DNA of 38,421 bases from a virus, in the IMG/VR virus record IMGVR_UViG_3300044857_000165; one strand, written 5' to 3'. The notes under the pieces are model-generated. The model did not search any database and had not been told where the DNA came from. It saw only the letters and a program-made list of their open reading frames with translations. Numbering within the stretch: the first letter of the stretch is position 1; each line of letters opens with the position of its first letter. Of the stretch, positions 33,543 to 38,421 are shown piece after piece. A program made the translations under genes and the position numbers.

Positions 33543-33947
33543 TTATTTTTCCTCCTCAAAATTACGTTCAGTTTCATCGTCAGTCATCACTAACATTTCT
33601 GGATTTTCATATATATTTCCAGTTATATACATACTTTGGTTCCATTCAGCTAACAAATCGATTGTATCTCCAAAGCGCAATACAAATGAACCATCTTCAA
33701 AAATAACCGTAACTGTTCCATCAAGTAAATTATCTTCGCAAAGTATATCGCCTTCATAGATGTCTCGCCCGGTTGAATCAACCAGGCCTGTATATTGCCC
33801 AATTTCTAAATAGCGATTAGGTTCACCATCTTCATAGTCGCGCCAATTGTCATAGCATAGACCATCTTCCAAAATCATCTCTTCAACAGACAGCCATTCT
33901 TTAGCTCGCAAATCCCAAGCTCTAAATTTTAGTTCACGCATTTTCAC
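33543..33947 (-). CDS. YopX-family protein (paralogue 2)
   Basis: LKFRAWDLRAKEW...YTGLVDSTGRDIYEGDIL...ITGNIYENPEML. Confidence 0.75.
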   Translation of the reverse strand: MKMRELKFRAWDLRAKEWLSVEEMILEDGLCYDNWRDYEDGEPNRYLEIGQYTGLVDSTGRDIYEGDILCEDNLLDGTVTVIFEDGSFVLRFGDTIDLLAEWNQSMYITGNIYENPEMLVMTDDETERNFEEEK

Positions 33948-33949
33948 AA

Positions 33950-34369
33950 TTATTCCTCCCGACTGGTATCATCGTGTTTAACAACTTCCCCATTGACCAG
34001 CACAGCTACTGCTTCAGCTTTTTCTTCGCAGTCAAACATATAAGCGTTATTCTCGCTAACACATTCAACACAACTAAAGTCACTACCTAAAAATCGAGCA
34101 AAATAAGATTCACCTTTCTTGATACTAACAATCCATGTGATCTTTTTTTCAACCTCATAGCCATACTTTTTCATGCTGATCAGCGTTTCAATCGGATTAT
34201 TACTCACCGTATCAAGCCAGTGGGCAAACTCTAAGTCATACTTCCAAATACCATCATCAACTTGTGCGATGGAAAGAAACAATTCACGTTCAAAATCATC
34301 TTTACTGACTTCATACCAATCAGCGACGTACTGCGGAATAACCACTTTTTCCTTATCTTCCTTTTTCAA
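33950..34369 (-). CDS. Hypothetical protein (139 aa), DUF1642-like
   Basis: TTG start. VIPQYVADWYE-type N-terminus as remembered for the streptococcal/lactococcal phage DUF1642 family. Confidence 0.5.
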   Translation of the reverse strand: MKKEDKEKVVIPQYVADWYEVSKDDFERELFLSIAQVDDGIWKYDLEFAHWLDTVSNNPIETLISMKKYGYEVEKKITWIVSIKKGESYFARFLGSDFSCVECVSENNAYMFDCEEKAEAVAVLVNGEVVKHDDTSREE

Positions 34370-34408
34370 AAGCTCATCAACCTCTTTTTTATGATAAAAA
34401 GGTAGAGG

Positions 34409-34519
34409 CTATGAATCCTTTAATTGACCATACCAATCATCATATCTGATTGGACTAAAAATACCTTCTTGCGTAGCGTATTTAATATTTTTCAAATCTC
34501 CAAATGTTACTTGATTCAT
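34409..34519 (-). CDS. Small ORF (36-39 aa) ending in a TAG that is in frame with the downstream DUF1642-like gene
   Basis: Not in the ORF track. MNQVTFGDLKNIKYATQEGIFSPIRYDDWYGQLKDS. AAGGAG SD 10 nt upstream. Confidence 0.4.
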   Translation of the reverse strand: MNQVTFGDLKNIKYATQEGIFSPIRYDDWYGQLKDS

Positions 34520-34524
34520 ATTTT

Positions 34525-35154
34525 TCATTCTCCTTTTTTAACGATGGTATCAGTTGTATATCCTCTAATTACTTGTTCACCATTGACACTAACCTCAACA
34601 AATTCAAATCTTGTACCTTTGTGTTTGCCACGTTTCATTGCATCTCCACTTTTTGCAAGCTTGCTTATTTGAGAAGTCGATACTTGCACCAATCTTTGAG
34701 CCTCTATAAGTGATTCTGCAATTCTAATTTTTCCGTTTCTGTAACGTATTTTTACTGCACGATCCTTTTTGCCATATTTTTTGTTGTCAGTTGGCTCCCA
34801 CACACCTTCAAACTTTATTCCTGCATACGGACCATTTTTCAACGTCCCGTCCTCGTGGCCCAGCCTAATAACTGTCTTTTCAGATATTCCTAATAACATC
34901 GCCGCTTTTCCAAAATTGCATCGTTTAATGCATTCCACGCTTTTATCAAAATAGGTGATTTTTACGCCGCCCATTTGCTCTCCAACATGCTCTTTTACGA
35001 CATTTTTGTCCTCAATACTACCATCGATAAATTGGCTTAGACGTTTAATTTCTCGTGTATAAACCGGATTGTCACTTCCAGCGTCTAAATCGAGTAACAC
35101 GCTTATTTTTAATCGAGCCATTTGCTTTTGCTCTTTAGTTATCACTAATGTCAC
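34525..35154 (-). CDS. DNA-binding protein with two NUMOD1/IENR1-like HTH modules; no nuclease motif seen
   Basis: FGKAAMLLGISEKTVIRL and LIEAQRLVQVSTSQISKLAKSG...GTRFEFV resemble the DNA-binding repeats of homing endonucleases. Confidence 0.5.
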   Translation of the reverse strand: MTLVITKEQKQMARLKISVLLDLDAGSDNPVYTREIKRLSQFIDGSIEDKNVVKEHVGEQMGGVKITYFDKSVECIKRCNFGKAAMLLGISEKTVIRLGHEDGTLKNGPYAGIKFEGVWEPTDNKKYGKKDRAVKIRYRNGKIRIAESLIEAQRLVQVSTSQISKLAKSGDAMKRGKHKGTRFEFVEVSVNGEQVIRGYTTDTIVKKGE

Positions 35155-35164
35155 CTCGCAAATT

Positions 35165-35192
35165 TTTATTAAAAGGGGGAATGGTTACCCCC
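35165..35192 (-). terminator. Intrinsic terminator after ssb
   Basis: On the - strand, GGGGG-taaccatt-CCCCC is followed by TTTTAATAAAAATTT. Confidence 0.6.
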
Positions 35193-35199
35193 GCTTGTG

Positions 35200-35643
35200 T
35201 TAAAATGGCAGATCATCATCCCCGATGTCTATTGACGATCCACTAAATGGATCAGCATTTGGTTTACTATTACGATTATTGCTATATGAATTGCCTGAAG
35301 AATTGCTTTGTGGGCTTTCTTTGCTCTTTCCTCCAGGGAAACTAAAGTTACCCACTACGATTTCGGTAATATACTTTTTATTTCCTTGTTGATCTTCATA
35401 ATTTCTCACTTGGAGTCTTCCAATTACTAAAATCTCGTCTCCTTTTTTAAAGTAATTAGCAACTGTTTCAGCTGTCTTACCCCAAAACACAAGATTGATC
35501 CAATCGGTCTCTCTATTTCCGTTAGCATCTTTAAAGTCTCTCGTAGATGCAATGCTTACAGAACCAACTGCTTTTCCTGACTGTGTATATTTTAAATCGA
35601 TATCTTTGCCTAATTTCCCCTGTAAAACCACATTATTAATCAT
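35200..35643 (-). CDS. ssb: Single-stranded DNA-binding protein
   Basis: OB-fold N-terminus MINNVVLQGKLGKD..., Gly/Ser/Asn-rich tail, C-terminal DDDLPF. Confidence 0.92.
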   Translation of the reverse strand: MINNVVLQGKLGKDIDLKYTQSGKAVGSVSIASTRDFKDANGNRETDWINLVFWGKTAETVANYFKKGDEILVIGRLQVRNYEDQQGNKKYITEIVVGNFSFPGGKSKESPQSNSSGNSYSNNRNSKPNADPFSGSSIDIGDDDLPF

Positions 35644-35979
35644 CTAATTTTCCTCCAAATTTTTTATTGATCTCTCACCATTCACTATCTCAATTGCTTG
35701 CTCTAAATTCCAAGCTACACCGTTCAGTATCTTGTTATCCTGTGCAGCATTTAAAAATTTAATCTGATCCTCGGAAGGCTTACCTTTGCCAATTTTTACT
35801 TCTACAAAGAACAGCTTGCCATCCGTGCTTCGTGCTCCGAATAAATCTGGAAACCCTTTTTCTAGGCCTTGTCCTCTCGTCTTATGAGTTAGTTTCTTAC
35901 CCGAATCTACTTGCCAGCACTTATGCCCTAAACGCCGCAACTCCTGTTTAATCTGCTTTTGAAGTTCTAATTCGTTCAA
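35644..35979 (-). CDS. VRR-NUC domain nuclease
   Basis: PD-(D/E)xK-like GFPDLFG...FFVEVKIGKGKPSEDQ. Confidence 0.65.
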   Translation of the reverse strand: MNELELQKQIKQELRRLGHKCWQVDSGKKLTHKTRGQGLEKGFPDLFGARSTDGKLFFVEVKIGKGKPSEDQIKFLNAAQDNKILNGVAWNLEQAIEIVNGERSIKNLEEN

Positions 35980-36176
35980 ATGTCTATCACTCCATTTTTC
36001 TTCTCAAATTCAGCTATATCTATCGCAATCCACTTTGTTTCTTCTGCTAGATCCGTTAAGTCGTTCTCATATAAAATCGCAACTTGCTTTTCTAAGAGTT
36101 TCACCAGCTTGCTTCTCTTTAATTCGTTTTCTTTTAGGATTGCTAGGTAAGTTTCCCCGTCCATCAGCCTCTCCAT
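35976..36176 (-). CDS. Hypothetical protein (66 aa)
   Basis: Overlapping-coupled ORF between the helicase and nuclease genes. Confidence 0.55.
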   Translation of the reverse strand: MERLMDGETYLAILKENELKRSKLVKLLEKQVAILYENDLTDLAEETKWIAIDIAEFEKKNGVIDI

Positions 36177-37402
36177 TCATCAAAATCAATACTGAAATCC
36201 ATATGTTTTTTATCAAAAATGAAAGGTGCTATGCCAGTCATACCTTCTCTGTTTTTAGCAACATCGCAACGTATTTTACGGCTGTCTTTTTCGTCGGAAG
36301 ATAGCAGTAAGGTCACATTTGCATCTTGTTCCAGTGATCCCGACTCTTTCAAATCGCTTAGCATCGGGCGTTTGTCTGGCCGTTGTTCGACTGCGCGACT
36401 CAACTGAGCTAATAAAATAATCGTAATGCCGTAATCAGTCGTGAGTTTTTTTAATTCTCTGGTTACTTCGTTCATTACTTGGCGTTCATTTTTACGAGCG
36501 TCATTCACTGTTATCAGTCCTGCGTAATCTACGAAAGCAACATACCGCTTATCACCAATACGTTTTTTGATTGCATATTTGATGTCATTCAAATTTGAAT
36601 ATTCAGAAGTGAACACTCGCATATCGAATGATTTCTTCATAGCCTCATAAGCTTCCCTTGCTTTTACTTTGTTATCAGGACTTAGTTTGTCTTTTCCAAC
36701 GAATAGTAACGAATTGATATTAGTCACTTTAGAAACTAAACGTGTCATCAGTTCGTTTTGACCCATCTCAAAAGTAAAGAAGTCGCAAGCTACATCATTA
36801 TTTTTAGTAAACAACTCATACATGATGTTCAAAGCAAAAGCTGTCTTCCCTGTTGCTGGTCTTCCTGCAAGAACAATTAGCTTACCTCCTGTTATTCCGC
36901 CACCTAAAAAGTCATCTAATGGTTTGTAAGTCGCCATTGCATTGCTGGGTCTATCCAAGCTATCGCAAAATTCAGCGAACGCTACGTCTAATTTGCCATC
37001 AGACTTGATATGATTGACCTCACGTTTTTCTTCTAGCAATCTGGATAACTTATCCCCATCTGTTTTAGAAAGCGTCTGAGCGTAATCTGTGGACGCTGTA
37101 TGCAACTTGCGGTCTAAGTAGGCATTGTGTATCTGTCTCGCTAACTCTCTTTCGATTCCTAACTGAGGTGCTAGTCCTTTTAGTATTTCAAGATCGTCAA
37201 CCGTTCCAGCGCTAAACAAGTCAATGCTTCTCATTTCTCGATAGACTTGTTCTGTTGTGTAGTTCATTCCTCTAAGTCGAGTCAGTGCTTCTACAATCAT
37301 CTTTTGTTGAGGACTCTCAAACCATTCAGAATCAATATCCACGCTCGTAATGATCGATGGGTTGTTTAGCATTTCTGCAACTAGACTAAGTTCATTGTTC
37401 AT
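36164..37402 (-). CDS. Replicative DNA helicase (DnaB-like)
   Basis: Walker A LAGRPATGKTAFALN, Walker B VAFVDYAGL, and RAVEQRPDKRPMLSDLKESGSLEQDA. Confidence 0.9.
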   Translation of the reverse strand: MNNELSLVAEMLNNPSIITSVDIDSEWFESPQQKMIVEALTRLRGMNYTTEQVYREMRSIDLFSAGTVDDLEILKGLAPQLGIERELARQIHNAYLDRKLHTASTDYAQTLSKTDGDKLSRLLEEKREVNHIKSDGKLDVAFAEFCDSLDRPSNAMATYKPLDDFLGGGITGGKLIVLAGRPATGKTAFALNIMYELFTKNNDVACDFFTFEMGQNELMTRLVSKVTNINSLLFVGKDKLSPDNKVKAREAYEAMKKSFDMRVFTSEYSNLNDIKYAIKKRIGDKRYVAFVDYAGLITVNDARKNERQVMNEVTRELKKLTTDYGITIILLAQLSRAVEQRPDKRPMLSDLKESGSLEQDANVTLLLSSDEKDSRKIRCDVAKNREGMTGIAPFIFDKKHMDFSIDFDEWRG

Positions 37403-38195
37403 ATGCTTCAGCTATCTTTCTTTGTGATTCTGCTATTTCATCAGATATTGAAGAACTAATTTGTGGTCTGTATTCATTCAAGTAATCATCAAACTTGTTT
37501 CCAAAAAGCGTTGCTGGTCTTAGATATTTGTTCATCTCTTGATTGTTTATCCACTGACCTGTTTTTACATCAATCACTTTTTTAAAATCATCAAGCCTTT
37601 GACCTTCATTCCATCTTGCTTTGATCAGGTCTTTCCATTTTTGAGTAACTTTAAATGATTTGCTTGTTTTGTTGTTCAAGTATTTGATGATGTCGGTATA
37701 TGGTATTTTCTCTTTATCTATATCTCTTTCTTTATCTAATTCTTTATCTATATCTGTACCGTCACGTGACGTCACGCGTGATATCACGTTATCTGTTAGT
37801 TCTAGTTGTTTCTTTCTTTCGCGATAACGCTTGTTTCTTTCAGCATTTTTAAGCCTAATTTGCTCCATGCCATCAACGTTTTGGTGCTTTTCCCAGTTTG
37901 TGATAGCAATCAATCCATCAGCAGTTAGATCAATCATGTTAAAGCTTGCTAATGTTTGTAGTGCTAATCTCACTGTGTTTACATTCTTATCAAATAGCGT
38001 TGATAGCATTTCTTCTGTGTAAGGCATATTGCGTTGTATGTAAATCAATCCGTCATCGTTTGTTTTGCCTGCTAAAACTAGCAAGCGAATCCAAATCACT
38101 ATGATGGCGTCTGATTCTGGCACTGCTTGGATAAGCCTTACTTTTTCATCATCAAACATCGTTGTTTTAAGTTTTATCCAACTGATTTCAGCCAT
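37392..38195 (-). CDS. Replisome organizer (Phage_rep_org_N plus conserved phage C-terminal DnaD-like domain)
   Basis: ISWIKLKTTMFDDEKVRLIQ... N-terminus. The C-terminus ends LRPATLFGNKFDDYLNE. GGAGG SD before the ATG at 38195. Confidence 0.8.
   Translation of the reverse strand: MAEISWIKLKTTMFDDEKVRLIQAVPESDAIIVIWIRLLVLAGKTNDDGLIYIQRNMPYTEEMLSTLFDKNVNTVRLALQTLASFNMIDLTADGLIAITNWEKHQNVDGMEQIRLKNAERNKRYRERKKQLELTDNVISRVTSRDGTDIDKELDKERDIDKEKIPYTDIIKYLNNKTSKSFKVTQKWKDLIKARWNEGQRLDDFKKVIDVKTGQWINNQEMNKYLRPATLFGNKFDDYLNEYRPQISSSISDEIAESQRKIAEAYEQ
37711..37788. repeat. Iteron-like direct repeats plus nested GTCAC/GTGAC palindromes; candidate origin of replication inside the organizer gene
   Basis: TCTTTATCTATATCT occurs at 37711 and 37741, with a third CTTTATCTA at 37730. 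Overlapping palindromes follow: GTCACGTGAC, GTGACGTCAC, TCACGCGTGA, GTGATATCAC (37761..37788). Confidence 0.5.
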
Positions 38196-38199
38196 TCTT

Positions 38200-38421
38200 T
38201 TAACCTCCAATCCTCAACTTCTTAATCGTTTCTTGATTTAATTTGACACCTTTGACATGATAATTTTCTTTAAACTTTTCAATTCCAATCTGGTGCTTCT
38301 CGTTGTGATGTTGTCTGCAAAGGGAAGCGAAGTTGTATTCGGTATGATCTACTGTCTTCCTATTACGTCGTCCTAGCGATTTATCAAAGTGATCTATATC
38401 CGCATTCGGCTTACCACAAAT
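38200..38421 (-). CDS. 3' part of the junction-spanning HNH-like nuclease gene (its last 127 nt duplicate 1..127)
   Basis: Frame ...HQIGIEKFKENYHVKGVKLNQETIKKLRIGG ends at the TAA at 38200..38202. Confidence 0.6.
   Translation of the reverse strand: MCGKPNADIDHFDKSLGRRNRKTVDHTEYNFASLCRQHHNEKHQIGIEKFKENYHVKGVKLNQETIKKLRIGG
38295..38421. repeat. Terminal direct repeat, copy 2 (identical to 1..127)
   Basis: Exact 127-nt match to the window start. Confidence 0.97.

Larger units (their letters stand above)
1..38294. mobile_element. Complete temperate siphovirus (prophage-type) genome, one circular unit
   Basis: Full set of lysogeny, replication, packaging, head, tail and lysis modules. The 127-bp exact overlap of the window ends closes the circle. 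Confidence 0.9.

Noticed and set aside
1-38421. CRISPR arrays, rRNA/tRNA genes, IS elements or transposases
   Set aside because: I found no regularly spaced direct repeats with unique spacers, no cloverleaf-compatible sequences, and no transposase-like ORFs or terminal inverted repeats on either strand.

Overview
The window is one complete temperate siphovirus (prophage-type) genome from a low-GC Firmicute. Bases 1-127 recur exactly at 38295-38421, so the unit is circular or terminally redundant, 38,294 bp long, and one early gene is split across the window ends. The host is probably Enterococcus. I base that only on remembered similarity between the endolysin C-terminal domain and E. faecalis phage endolysins such as Lys170, which I could not check. 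Layout: (i) a lysogeny module on the + strand (4187-6815): CI-type HTH/S24 repressor, a 2-TM surface protein, and a tyrosine integrase, followed by the attP region. (ii) A divergent cro/antirepressor early operon on the - strand, controlled by a switch region with four copies of a 15-bp palindrome. (iii) Early genes that continue through the window junction: Gp157-like protein, Rad52/Sak-like annealase, HNH-like nuclease, replisome organizer, DnaB helicase, VRR-NUC, SSB, two YopX paralogues and many small ORFs. (iv) A RinA/ArpU-type late activator, an unexplained 0.41-kb non-coding region, an orphan DNA methyltransferase and an HNH endonuclease. (v) A morphogenesis operon with an atypical order: zinc-ribbon protein, SPP1-type portal, MuF-like protein and mini HExxH protein come before TerL. 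Scaffold, capsid, connectors, major tail protein, G/GT chaperones with an A7 slippery site, tape measure, Dit, Tal and three large distal tail/fibre proteins follow. (vi) The lysis cassette (XhlA-like protein, holin, amidase endolysin with an internal SD+ATG). (vii) A terminator-insulated two-gene + strand cassette between attP and the lysin (7050-8029). It encodes an acidic mini-GNAT and a 148-aa HTH protein, behind duplicated consensus promoters that each carry a palindromic operator. This cassette is my best candidate for an undescribed system, most likely an enzymatic anti-CRISPR/anti-defence or lysogenic-conversion module. All functional calls rest on motif recognition and gene order read by eye; no database search was run.
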